A stretch of 51,947 nucleotides of DNA, filler included, from Bipalium vagum (taxonomy: Eukaryota): NCBI GenBank assembly GCA_037834085.1. It is 3 parts of 3 records of this genome, joined end to end, with 100 filler letters (N's around TTAATTAATTAA, not from the genome) between each part and the next. Parts side by side here need not be neighbours in the genome. Positions count along the whole stretch, not along the records: positions 18,120 to 35,352 come from JBBMKC010073855.1; positions 35,453 to 51,947 come from JBBMKC010108631.1; 1 more part is not named here. One strand, 5' to 3'. The notes under the pieces are model-generated. The model made no database searches. It was not told where the DNA came from and saw only the letters and a list, made by a program, of their open reading frames with translations. The position numbers were made by a program, and so were the translations under genes. This document shows, in pieces, positions 24,968 through 37,550 of the stretch (position 1 is its first letter; every line of letters starts with the position of its first letter).

Positions 24968-27401
24968 TATATTTTAAAATCGGATACTTACATTTTACAT
25001 ACCATGCGTATTGGAAAATATTTTGATACTTATTTTAATATTGTGTCTGTAATAATCAATGATAGAATTACATTAAACTGTTGTCTAAAAAATTAATATT
25101 AATACATTTAAAGGATAATATTTGAAAGACAACATTCAGAATAGTTAAAATAAAAAGTGAATTATGTTTATTGAAGATTTCATTTTGAAAGGGAAATATG
25201 AATCAGTATTAATATATCTTCATTAATTGTTGTTATATCATGTTGCGAAACCTTTGTAAAAGCGCAATGTTGTCAGAAAATGATTTTTGAGAATAATTAT
25301 AAATTAACTAAGGCGACAGAATTCAACCTAATTTCAGGTCACCGAAGATTGCAAACACTAACTAATGTTTTTAAGTTAATAATTAACATTGACTGCAATA
25401 TATTGTCTGAAACTCTTTCTCAACTAAGCTTGCATGGCATTGCGTATGGAGAACTTGTAGTAGCATCGCACAATAAATGTTATTGTTCTCGAGGAGATTA
25501 AACTTGTTTTTCCTTATTCGCTTTTAAGAATGTTATGGAGACGTGTTTGATAGAACATTTTTCTGGTGTCGGAATTGATATCAATAATTTGCAGGTTCAT
25601 GCTGAAATTTTAAATGATAATGAAAATATTATTATTATATTATATTGTTGTGGATTTCATTTAGAGTCTTGGTTTTTTAATAAGACTATTTTAAATATCA
25701 TAGCAAATGATTTTAAGAATTTTGTGGAATAAACAAATAAAGTAAATGTTCATAAATATAACCTGTGGGTTGTTGTATAGGTTCTTTATAAATCTGCGTA
25801 TGATACTCTGTCTGGTAAACGTTTTATCACAGATCATTTTATAAAAGCCTTTCAAAGAGCCTTTGGAAGACTGAAATGCTCTGTACATATTAAAATGAAA
25901 TCCGTCTTGAGTTTACTCAAATTGATTTTCTATCAACGTACTCTTTATTTACTGATGTAAGATTTTTCTCTACCTGAATATTTATCTTTACCAAACAATA
26001 ATTATTTTAGAAAAGGTATTTATCTTCGTGAATGCTTGGTCTAATGAGTATTTTATATTTTTTCGAATTGAAATTAGTCTAATACTTTTGATGTTTAATT
26101 ATAGACATTTTACAATTTATCTCATAGTTCAGTTAAAACGCCAGAACAAGTCCATTATTAAACATTTAAAGATTGAAATTTCTAATGTATATGCCCATAT
26201 TGTGAAGTATTGAATTTAATTTTCAATTAGTTTAACATATATACATAGAAATAATGAAGCTTGGGAGAATTATCTGTGTCAAAGAGAACAATGACCCGTG
26301 AATGTGCGTTTGAGAGACAGTGTTAAAATTTTGAAGCAAAAAGTCCTAATCCATCAGTTCACAGGTCCATAGATAACTTTTTTTTATAAATGATAAAATA
26401 AAATTGACAGAACAACTATCCAGGCTTCAAAACTATTGTTTGTATTATATATATATAAATAAACAGTATTAAATGTTTCCAAATGAAGCCAAATAGGTAA
26501 ACGTACATCCTTTTATTTGACGTATGTTAATTTCTGATATCCTGAAATAGCCAAGAGAATGGTAGTGAAGTCTAATTTCACTAAAAAATAAAATAATATT
26601 TTTCATCTTCTGCGCGATTAGTTCTTATCTCATATATTAATATTTGATGTCAAATTATATAAATAATATTTTTGCTTAAAAATTCATTAATGCAATGAAT
26701 ACTGGACATTGTTATCTTAAAAATAAATCTTAGTGTTTAAAACTAACGCAATTGAGAAGGTATGCTGGTATAACGTATTTCAAGAAAACATCATTTGAAT
26801 TATTGGAGTTATAAATCAGATTTTAAGATAACATTTTTTGATACATAACAAATTTCTCTGCAAGACATACTTTTAGGATTGGTTGTTTTAGGTATAATGT
26901 TACATGAAGTAAATAATGTCAGTTAAAACTTCTATTCAGTAATCATAAATATGATTTATATTTAATAGAATAAAAAGAAATGGAAAAAGAAAATAGTTCA
27001 CTATCAAAGTGTTTAATGGTTTGATGGTCTAACTCATCCAAATAATACCATCTTCAAGTTTTTTTTGAGGTTGCGCCAAAGGGTTTGTGAAACATAATGA
27101 GAGAGTGATAAAATTTCATATTTAACATAGATTAATTACCTCTTTCTTTCTGATTTGGACTATGTTATTAAAATCGATGTCCGGTTTTAAATTTAATAAA
27201 TAATAAAGGATTTGTTCATTTAACGTTGTAATACGGATTTAAAATAACAAGATTTTATATTAAGAAGACAAATGTACTCAAAAGGTAATATGGAAAATAA
27301 TTGATTTGATATTTAAAACCCTTTTGGTTCAAGTACACTCAAATATATGGAATTGTTGGGAATATTTTATAAGTTGTACTTAATTGATTCAAACATTTCA
27401 G

Positions 27402-27670
27402 ATGTCAACATGGAAAATAAAATCTTGTATAAAATACATATTTATATTATCGTCTAAGGTTTTCCAATGTTTACAAAATTCTTTGATCAATATTTCTTAT
27501 TTTTTTTAGATTTTAATTTGTATATATGTATTATATTCTGCAATTTCCGTAGGAAAAGGAATTAAACGAGAAATTTGTAATTTATTTGATTGTAATATTG
27601 ACAAATCAACAACAGGAAATTTAATTATTTATTCAGAACTGAACAAAAATATAATACATTCAATGTATTG
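27402..27670 (+). CDS. Candidate first two exons of a type II membrane protein, possibly the LicD-family gene
   Basis: ATG at 27402; exon 27402-27458, 51-nt GT-AG intron, exon 27510-27670 ending at a gtaatc donor. Translation MSTWKIKSCIKYIFILSSK|ILICIYVLYSAISVGKGIKREICNLFDC... is a short basic tail followed by a hydrophobic anchor. Confidence 0.5.
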
Positions 27671-27703
27671 GTAATCTGTTTACATTGTATTTAATTTATT
27701 ATA

Positions 27704-27860
27704 CAGGGTGTTTCATAAATATGTATTCGCATTTAAACAAATAAAAATTAATCAATTTTTCAATGACCATGAATCCTTTTTAATATTATTGTAGATAAAT
27801 CATTGGGAAAATATAAATATTTTATAAATGTCTGGAAAAGAAAATAAATTCAGTTGAAAA
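27704..27860. mobile_element. End of a Tc-type element (boundary approximate)
   Basis: TA|cagggtgtttcataaat is a typical Tc3/DUF4817-type terminus. Confidence 0.4.
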
Positions 27861-27863
27861 TTA

Positions 27864-28700
27864 TTAAGGTGTCCCGAAAAATTTTCGTTTTTTAATAAAA
27901 AGAAATCAAAGTATAAAAATTTATTAAATACATATCAAATATCAAAGTATAGACCGATAGTCTTCAGCCATCTTTTAGATAGTTCTTTCACTAAGATACC
28001 TTGTCTTTCAATTTGGAAGAAAAGAACTCCAAGCAGGCAATTTCTACATCGTTAACATTACTAAAGCTTAGAACATAAAGGAAATTTGTCTAAATAAGTA
28101 GTAATCAGTAGGCGTCAGATCAGGGCTGTTATAGAATTATTTTCTTGGTTATAATCTCTATGTATGGTTTTGCATTGTTATGAGAAGGCCTTTTTTGCGA
28201 TTTACCAAAGAAGGGTAAATTTCCTTTATATTTTCATACATTACGAAGAAGTTGTAAGAGATATAACTTGGAGTCAATTGATTTATTATTCGAGATCAAT
28301 TAGATGTGCTCTTTGTAATTCCACCAAACACACGCAACATTACGATTTTCAAATCGTTGCCGTTTAACAACAGAAAATGTTTTTTGTCCAATGTCTAATC
28401 ACTGATTTGAACTGTCTGGATTTGTAAAATAATTCCACTTCTCATCGCTTGTCACGATTCTCTTAATTGTCAAATGGATTTTTCAAAAGTTCTTGGCAGA
28501 TATCCGTCGTACAGAATTTTCCACACTTAAATCATGAGGTATCTCGACACCGTCTGTTTACCTTTCCACACAAATATAAATGTCTACATATGGTGGATTT
28601 TGAAGATCCTAATAGTACTGATAATTTCCGGGACTAGTTCTTGGATTCTTTTTTGGATATATTTTGAATTGAATTTTTTGGTGTGTTCCACCTTTGTATA
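27864..28700 (-). mobile_element. Degenerate mariner
   Basis: TA|ttaaggtgtcccgaaaa TIR; minus-strand 'IVTSDEKW' and 'SPDLTPTDY'. Confidence 0.75.
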
Positions 28701-30083
28701 AGATGGAAATTAAAACAACCTTTTATAAATTTTTAATATATAAAGTTTATTACACATTAGTTCAAAACAGTTAAATATATCAATTATTTTTTTGTTATTA
28801 TTTTATTTCGTTACTCATGCATAAAGCGTATTAAAGAGCTGACAACGCTAGTACAACTTGAGCTATACTTAAGTCTAATTTCACTAAACGCCATATGAAA
28901 ATAATCCATTTTGATTAGGATAAAGTTTGATACTGCTCTCCTCCAGCGTAATGAAAGTTAACAGAAGTTGAACTATTTAAAGTCACAGAACGTCGCTTCA
29001 CAGTCTTCAGTGACAATCACTGATATTGACATTAGAATAATAATATTATATATATAAAATAAACTTACAAAAATCTAAACAAATATTTATTAGTTTAGTG
29101 AAATCATTCGTTTTTCTCATATTTCTTTTCGGAAAATTGGATTTGACGTTGAAGAATTGAAGTAATGTGTTTTTAATTCTTTACATTACTGAAATTAAAT
29201 ATTGAATACTTTGCGAATTGAGAATTTTTACGTGAGGAGGCTATATCTGGTTTCCATGTAAATTAGATATAATAATTAATACTTTGTTAGCTTTAGATGA
29301 AACTTTAGAATTTCGATAGAACTTGCACGAAATTTCGCACTTTCCAATCACGGAAAGGATTTGATTAAAATATTTTGAAAAATAATTAACATTTATCAAG
29401 AAATATAATTCTATGGTTCTTATTGGCTTATATAATTTATAATATTAATTAATATAAAAATAATATTAATATATAAAATAAAATTTATGTTTTCAAGATA
29501 TTTGCGATCTTTATTTTTAATAAATGTTTAAATTTATTTACTTGATAGAAAAATAAATTAATAATTATTGTCGAGATGTTCTATGAAATATTTGCTGCGT
29601 CTCACTCTCAGATTTATTAAGCTTGCTATAAGTTAATTGAAATTGTTTTCTGTGTTTAATCAATACATTCAGTCTGTACATTGACACTGAATCCAGCGAC
29701 GCGCAGACAGGATTAAATATGTAGAATTTTTAGATTTCTATTTTGACAATTTTCCAAATACAAGAAACACAATGTGGACCGTTAAAATCTCATAAAAATA
29801 TGTTAAGTTCCAGAAATTTCCCATTTACGTTTCTTGGCTATTTGTTACCAACATTTTTTGCATGTGAAAATTCTGTGAAAATAGTCATTATCCGTTGTCC
29901 CTGATTCTTTGCTGTTTTTTCTCCAATAATTGGTTTGATCTTTTTCCAAATTGTGAAAATGTTTTCTATTAATTGTTCACAAAATATAGTTACATATTGA
30001 TTTATTAATAAAAATATTTTTTATGAACTGTACGCTATTTGAACTATAAAGCATATTTGTTTTAATGATTTTCTTATATTAAG

Positions 30084-30688
30084 ATATTTTTGTGGATAAA
30101 ACCAAAAAAGAAATTCTTGTACAAATGCTGCGAAAAATGGAGCCGACTTATAAATTATACAATACTCCAACCATACTCGAACCTTACGGACAATGGAAAT
30201 TTTATAAATTGAATGGATCTAGATCATATATCCATCGACCGTTCAAATGGCCATATATCGATATTTGGTTTTATGAAAAAAATTCAACGCATGTATATCA
30301 AGAGTCCCTTTCTGAAGTAGCTATCCTTAAATCAGACATTTATCCATTGATGAAACGACCTTTTGGAGAAATAATGATTTGGACTCCATGCAATTCAAAA
30401 AAGATTTTGAACGCTTTTAATATAGATCAATGCAAATCTCGCTCGTTTTCTCATCTGTTTGAAGTTCCTCTTTATAATTGGTGGCAAAGAGTGATTTCTT
30501 GTAGTGAAATATATTCAAAATTTCCATTCGTCTTTCATGAAACAGTTAGAGGATTTGAGCCTTATTATACGAACATAAATGGTACGGGTCATCGACAGGA
30601 AATTCTCAAAATTGGGAATCGCATTATCAGCAATGTTACCATTTACCAACCGATTTGTTTCGACAGTATGGACACAAATCTTGGGTGA
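30084..30688 (+). CDS. Terminal exon of a LicD/fukutin-related nucleotidyltransferase-fold protein
   Basis: Acceptor taag|at att ttt gtg gives (D)IFVD, the end of the DxDI motif. Also 'KWPYIDIWFY', 'DIYPLMKRPFG', 'P.N...L' and a C-terminal Cys pattern typical of metazoan LicD-like proteins. TGA stop at 30686-30688. Confidence 0.75.
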
Positions 30689-31046
30689 ATTATATTTCTC
30701 GGTTTACAAAAGGTGTTTTGAATCAAAATAGAAATGTTTTATTTGAATTAATTTCTCTATAATGACGCGAGAACTAAGCATTTTGTTGATTGAAAGTAAA
30801 CAGTAAAAAAACGTTTAACAAACAGAAACCTTCAAGACAGTAAACAGTTGCAAAGGGGTCAAATCTCGATGTAGAAAAATTGTAAAATTTTGTGAGGGGG
30901 ATTCTTTAATTTATTCCAGCCACACTGAAATTAGAAAAAAACGTCAGATCTGCACCAGATCTACACATTTCATTTATACATAAATGACATTGAATATTTT
31001 TAATTCTTTAAGTATTAGTAAAAATATCTTTCTCATATTTATTATG

Positions 31047-31620
31047 TATGTGCATTAATTCGGTCAGTTTTTAATACAATGAAACACTAACATGATAACC
31101 AAATAATGTACAGTAATCAAAGTATGTTCCATCGTTTGCTATTGTTTTTTCACATATGACTGGCAGTTTTTGGAAACATTAACGGAAAAACGACTAGTTT
31201 TTTGAAGTGATCCATTCATTGAATCATATTTCTATTTCTTCATATTTATTGAAGTGTTACTCGAAAAGCCCACGTGACATCGATAGAAACAAATGACAGT
31301 TACTTGGAGCAATGACTGGTGAATACAACGAGTGAGGTAAAACATTTCAAATAAAATCTTCCCATGTCACCTGCCACCTGCATTACCTTTTCAACATGGT
31401 TCGGCTGTTATCATACTTGAATAAAACCATGTTCTGTCTCTGTATATTGCCTTGTTTGAATCTATTATTTGTTGTTTCTAAAGTTCGGCAATGATGGTTT
31501 GGTTCTCTTTTAACAATTCGTGATACACTACACGTTTTTCGTCCCTCTATATACAGACCAAAACTTTCTTGCAGTGAGTATTAGGGTATTAATTTTAAAA
31601 GTTTTCTGGGACTTAGACAT
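31047..31620 (-). mobile_element. Mariner 3' fragment
   Basis: Minus strand reads 'PHSLYSPVIAPSNCHLFLSM' and C-terminal 'ANDGTYF'. Confidence 0.75.
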
Positions 31621-32074
31621 CGATTTTCTTAATTTAGTATTATGGAAATATATCCAATTTTCGTCTCCAGACAAAATGAGCTACAAAAAAATAATGATAA
31701 AAATGAATAATTTCCTACCTCATGTACTACTAATAATAAATTACATTTTGCACTTACCTTTTTACAATAATTACTGTAAATCTAAAATTTATTTTCTCAA
31801 ATCAACGATATTTGTACAATTTAATTAATATTAGACGAATTATATTCTTTTCTTAGAATCTTTCCAGGGAAATTATTAATATCAACGTGAGTTAAGCAAA
31901 TGTTTTTTTGAAAAAAATTTATTAACAAAACATTTATAACACAAATTACGTTATTCCTCGAAGTACATTCCATCATTTTTGATGACTTGAAGCCATGTCT
32001 CTGGCAGTTTAGAAATACCATGTCGATACTAGTCAGGCACCTTAGAGGCGAAATGAAATGAAATATATTTTATA

Positions 32075-32245
32075 CTATTATTATTATTTATTATAATAAT
32101 AATAATAATATTATTATTATTACATTATTATTATTATTATATTATTATATATATTATTATTATTAAACAATTAGGAATTCCTTTATTGCATTTTATTAAT
32201 TTATTATTTATATTTATTATTATTTTTTTATTATTTTTTTTTTAT
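32075..32245. repeat. Degenerate (ATT/AAT)n low-complexity tract
   Basis: Visible attattatt/aataataat runs. Confidence 0.8.
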
Positions 32246-32578
32246 TTCTAATCACGGGATCAATCTTAGGGGGCACACCTATTTCTTAATCAGACTGAAC
32301 GGATTGAAGGAACGTAAAATAAAAAAAATCATAAAATCGAAAAACCTGAACTATTTAGATCAACATCAATATTTAAATAATATGACAATCCGAAGTGTCA
32401 TGAAATTATAATTTTATTATTTTTTTTGTAACTAAACCAGTTAATTAAAAATAACCTTTATATTTCAGTTGTCAATTATGATTATCGCCAATTAACAAAA
32501 ATATCCAATGTCACTATTTCATTATTGAGATCATTAAGTAAAGAAAACACGTTTTTAATACTTTATTAACAAAGTTCT

Positions 32579-34363
32579 TTATTGAGCGGCAAATTGTAAA
32601 AGATTGACTCCAGGTAAGTTTGATGGCCCCACTGTCGATTGGGTTACTTGATTATTAATTTGTGGAAGTGGTTTGTTAAATGATCCGTATGTCTCCTGAT
32701 TCGGAAAACTGTTTAAACTAAGAAATCCGAGATCCTTATCGTTATACAAACTATCTTGGTTTTTCAAATTGCTATTTAATAAATCAGGATTGAACAAATT
32801 TGGACTGTTATTGTTGGTAACAGGTCCTGTTATCGGACCATTTGAATTGTAGGTACTACTTTCAAAACCATTTGAAATTCCCATTCTTGGATAATAAAAT
32901 TCGCCAACATTATTTCCCTCCCTGTTTACAAAGTTGGTTTGTGACAGGCCTAGGCGATTATTTATGCCAGAATTTTGATTATTACTTCTGACATGTGCCA
33001 TTGTTGGCATATAATTGTTAGGATTATTTGTAATACCCACATTGTTTTGGTCGTATTGAAGTGTTGACAATGGAAGATTAGTTTTCAGTATATTATTTAT
33101 ACTAGTAAGACCAGGACTTATGAAATTTGATGATAGCATTTTATCAGCGTTTACATTGTGGTTTTGATTCGAATTCATACCTGACTTTCTATTCGCCACA
33201 ACAACTCCCGGTATGCCATTCACATTAGGACTAACATGGGTAGGACTGTTAGAATAAGGAATCCTAATTTGATTTGGCGCATTATATTTTGTACTAAGTA
33301 CATCCATTATAGATCTCAGCTGTTCCCAAGGTAAATCTGATTTTAGACTGTTGATAGTACTAAGTTTATTGTTCATGAGAGATCTGGTATATAAAGGAGT
33401 AAGATCTTGATCTAAATTGAGGTTTGTACCCCTTACTACATTATTGTTGTCTGTAAACCCATACATATCCATATCAGTTCTTGGCAGCATATGTTCTTTA
33501 TATTTAGTTGATTGGTCGTTCAAACTCATTGTTGGTCCAAATATGTTGTCAACTTTGAAAGTTCTGTAAGGCCCGCTAGGTAAATTACCCATTCTACCAC
33601 TGACCAAATCAGGCAATGACAGTGAATCGTAAGATTGATAGGGCTTAAAATGATCATTATATCCATCGTTTCTTCCGTTGTCTACTGAGAAAGTTTCTAA
33701 TGATAAATTTGGAATTTCTTGCTGATACGGTATTTCAATGTTTCTACTCCGAGTATTAACATTACCATTTATTTCTTTTGCATTTATTCTTGTCTGGATA
33801 TTTTTTAAAGGTGATACAAAAATACTACTCGGCGCAATACTAGCCCTGATTTGTGGAATACCTGTTTCGTAATTTATTTTTAGTTCGGGATAATTGTGTA
33901 TAAAGTCATTGCTTGCTGGTTGCAGTACGGGATTAGAAACAGCATTAAATCTAGAGTCCTCGATACCGAAATCGACAGGATTTTCTGTAATTATACAATT
34001 ACCGTAGCTTATTTCACTTGGCACATCCGACTCAGACTGGTCTACAATGTGTACTACATCTCCACCATATGAATTTGGTGATAAATCTTCTAAGCCATTT
34101 GAGATTGTTATTAATTTGCTTCCAATACCATTATCAACATCAACAGCATTATTACCTAAACGAACTTCGTCAATTACTGTTGGCTGGCTTTGGTCTACCA
34201 AATCATTGATATCAGTATTGGTATTAGATATTAATCTTATTCCTGTATTACTACCATAACCTCCCAGACCATTTCCAAATCTTAAATATTCACTCCCTGG
34301 TCTGCCATTTACTAAAGAGAGGCATATCGCTATCAGATATAAATTGAAAGATATAAAATTCAT
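32579..34363 (-). CDS. Intronless secreted Asn/Ser/Gly/Pro-rich protein of unknown function (about 594 aa)
   Basis: A 1.8-kb ORF with higher GC than its flanks. The ATG at 34363 starts a signal peptide 'MNFISFNLYLIAICLSLVNG|RP'. No domain was recognised. Confidence 0.85.
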   Translation of the reverse strand: MNFISFNLYLIAICLSLVNGRPGSEYLRFGNGLGGYGSNTGIRLISNTNTDINDLVDQSQPTVIDEVRLGNNAVDVDNGIGSKLITISNGLEDLSPNSYGGDVVHIVDQSESDVPSEISYGNCIITENPVDFGIEDSRFNAVSNPVLQPASNDFIHNYPELKINYETGIPQIRASIAPSSIFVSPLKNIQTRINAKEINGNVNTRSRNIEIPYQQEIPNLSLETFSVDNGRNDGYNDHFKPYQSYDSLSLPDLVSGRMGNLPSGPYRTFKVDNIFGPTMSLNDQSTKYKEHMLPRTDMDMYGFTDNNNVVRGTNLNLDQDLTPLYTRSLMNNKLSTINSLKSDLPWEQLRSIMDVLSTKYNAPNQIRIPYSNSPTHVSPNVNGIPGVVVANRKSGMNSNQNHNVNADKMLSSNFISPGLTSINNILKTNLPLSTLQYDQNNVGITNNPNNYMPTMAHVRSNNQNSGINNRLGLSQTNFVNREGNNVGEFYYPRMGISNGFESSTYNSNGPITGPVTNNNSPNLFNPDLLNSNLKNQDSLYNDKDLGFLSLNSFPNQETYGSFNKPLPQINNQVTQSTVGPSNLPGVNLLQFAAQ

Positions 34364-35281
34364 AGCAATCAAAATTTTAATATTATCTCAATGGATTTTA
34401 AGAAGCTTTATATTGTTTAACCGAAGCTTTGATAAAAGTTCAAAAACATTTGATTGGCTACTTTTTAAAAATTTTAAATGGGCCAATTAAAACTAATTAA
34501 TTTAAATTTCCATTAACGGTTATCATTTAAAATTTTTGAAACAAAAATGGTAGACAATAAATCTAGAAAATAAATAAATTACTGATTAAAAAATAATAAA
34601 CTGTTATGAAATATGTAATATTTTAATATAATTGATGACATTTTCGGTATTTATTTAAAAAAAAATTCAGGGAACACAAAGATTAATTAACTTTTAACAA
34701 GATATATAATAATAATAATAACAATAACAACAATAATAATTATTATTATTGTAGAAAAATAGTGGAAATTTTAGTGCTAGTGATTTTACAAGGAAGCATA
34801 GTTCAATAACCAAGTTGTGAATAATGATGATCAATTAGATTATATAAAATAAATTAAGAAATTAAAAAGTTAATTTATTCATTTTAGTAAAAGATTGCTT
34901 AAATTAATTAATTATATATTATTATATAAATTATAAAATATCCAATGAGTAGTATTCCATCACAGTGTCTTTTATGATGATTTTAATATAATGGTAACTT
35001 AATATTTGTCTTAATGTCATTATATGTGTATTATAAGTACTACTTAAGAAAATCATTTCGCTAAAATAATTTTAAAATAATTTCAAATTGTCTGTATAAG
35101 AACAAGACAATTAATTACAAATATGGCACAAACAAAAGGAATTTTAATGTAGATAATCAATTTGCTATGACAGCATTTGATAGAAGATAACATATTATAT
35201 CGAAAAGAAAAGTTTGCGTAAAAACATTATTATTTTTGCATTAATACAATTTTTATTATGCTTATTAGATTTTACTGTTAG

Positions 35282-35285
<4 letters not shown>

Positions 35286-35352
<67 letters not shown>
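35286..35352. repeat. (ATT)n microsatellite running into a gap
   Basis: More than 20 perfect ATT units up to the N run. Confidence 0.95.
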
Positions 35353-35452
35353 NNNNNNNNNNNNNNNNNNNNNNNNNNNNNNNNNNNNNNNNNNNNTTAA
35401 TTAATTAANNNNNNNNNNNNNNNNNNNNNNNNNNNNNNNNNNNNNNNNNNNN
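35353..35452. other. Assembly gap with artificial spacer
   Basis: 44 N + TTAATTAATTAA + 44 N. Confidence 0.95.
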
Positions 35453-35583
35453 AAAGATATTCTAAAATTAAATTAATATTTTAAAATTAACCAATACATT
35501 AAAATAATGAATATTCGAATATCGAATTTGAAAAAGGACACTTTATAAAAATTTTAAAATTCAAAAATATGTTCAAATACTCA

Positions 35584-37062
35584 CACTGCCCATCAAAATT
35601 TTTCACACAGTAACGTTTATTTGTATATTTTTAAGGTAAATAGAGCTAAAGAAGTGAAACTTTCTGTAGTTAATGTTAAACTTTAACACATTGTTATACT
35701 TTATAATTTTTTTGATTTAAGTAATTGTTTAAATAATATAATTAACCGAATCATATATAAATATTTTGATATTTGACAAAATTTTTCGAACAGGATAAAA
35801 TTTTAGAATTTTAAAAAGCAAAATAGTTAGTGCTATTTAAATTTTTAAAGACAAACATATTATTATTAAATTTCAGTAATAAAAAATGAAGTCAGAAGAT
35901 TTGAGAAAAATGTACACCGATAACATGAAGAAGGGAATAGTTATGGCGATATAGGGAAAATTTTAGGAATAACAAGGTTTTCTGCTAGAATTTTAATTAT
36001 TTATAAGTTGAGAAAGAATAAAAAGAAGATTGGCTGCAAAAACAAAATTACTAAGAGAGAAATTTTTTCGATAAAACGTGAAAAAGCGTGCTTAAATGCA
36101 CAGCATGAAAAGGTAAATTCCAAAAAATTGGTGAGAATTTTAGATATCAATGTTTCGCCAAGGACAGTACATCGTCACTTGGCTAAAATTAATTACAAAT
36201 ACAAGAATGTCACCAACAAAATAGTTCTTTTAAAGAAGCACAAGCAGTTTAGGCTAGATGTGATTACTAGTTGGATTTCAAATAATCACCCATGGGAAAC
36301 TACTATATTTACAGACGAAAAACAATTTAATTTAGACTGACCGGATAACTGGATGACATATGTCTAAAAACTCGAAATATATCCGTCAGAAAAGACAATG
36401 CCACGGCAGCGGTGTAATGCTTTGGTTAATGACTTTTCCTTTCATTCAATTGTTGGTAAATTTGGATCAAAGGATTACGTACAAATATTGGAGAAAAAAA
36501 TATATTGTGCCAACTGCACGGATAAATTTTTAAAATAATATTTTCTTCCAACAAGACAATTGTACACTGCATACTTCGCGGGTAGTCCAAGGTTTCCTGA
36601 AATATTCAGTGGCCATCAAAGAGTCCAGATCTGAATCTAGTGGAAGACGTTTGGAAAATTAAAATCGGACATGGTGCCCACAATTTAACAATCTTCGAGA
36701 ACTACAATTGCGCATTACAGACACTATCCAAGTGATAAACAGTGAAAAAAGACAAATTATAATTGATTTATATGGGTCTATAAGAGCTCTTTTATGTAAA
36801 GTTTTAATGTCCAAGGGAAATTTGTATAATGCGTAATTATTTTTTGATAAATTTAAGATGTGCGAAAGATTTTGTCCTTTTTTTAATTTTCTGCATTCAT
36901 ATTTCTAAACTTTTTTTATATAAGAAACATTATTTCAAGATTATATTTATTAAAGTTATACATTGTGCCATATATCGTCTATGAATAGATTTCATTCTAC
37001 ATACAAATTACTAATATATATACAAAAAAACGTTACTGTGCGAAAAATGTTGACCGGCAGGA
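35584..37062 (+). mobile_element. Full-length degenerate Tc1/Tc3-like element
   Basis: TIRs cactgcccatcaaaatttttcacacagtaacgttt / aaacgttactgtgcgaaaaatgttgaccggcag. Motifs 'VSPRTVHRHL', 'IFTDEKQFNLD*PD', 'FQQDN', 'WPSKSPDLNLVEDVW'. Confidence 0.88.
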
Positions 37063-37189
37063 TATATTCAATCTAATATTTTTTTAATCTCACCCGCATC
37101 AACCTTTAAGGGCATTTCTAAATCTCAGCTACATTAATAAATAAAAATTATCAGTTTTATTAATACAGAAAAAATAACAAACTTAACCT

Positions 37190-37550
37190 TGTTACTATTT
37201 TCCTAACTAAAATATGTAACTTTTGCTCGAAATCACTAACTTCTCACTATTTAATGTTGTGTTCGTTTTACTATTAAAGTTACACAAATTTAAACTCAAT
37301 TCGAATCAAAACTACCAGAATAAAACTTTATTAAATACTTCAAAACCTTTTACGCAGGTCACAAAATCACAATTAAATCAAAAATTCGATCTAATGTCTA
37401 AAAAAATCAACACTGATAAAATGTCCAAACCAAGTTTATTATAAATTCTCTAAAAACTGTCAAGCTAAATGAACCATGAAATAATATAATCAAAAATCGA
37501 AATTCAATATGAACAAAACAAGATGTGATTTCAATCTCGACGTCGAGATT
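37190..37550. mobile_element. Diverged relative of the solo LTR (fragment)
   Basis: Starts tgttactatt..actaaaat like 10608, and shares 'gttgtgttcg', 'taaaactttatt' and 'tcacaaaa' in the same order. Confidence 0.45.

Noticed and set aside
19600-27300. Several 60-70 aa AT-rich ORFs and faint coding-like stretches
   Set aside because: No recognisable motifs or consistent splice models. They are probably old TE debris or chance ORFs.
35214-35408. Poly-Ile ORF
   Set aside because: It is a translation of the (ATT)n microsatellite and Ns.
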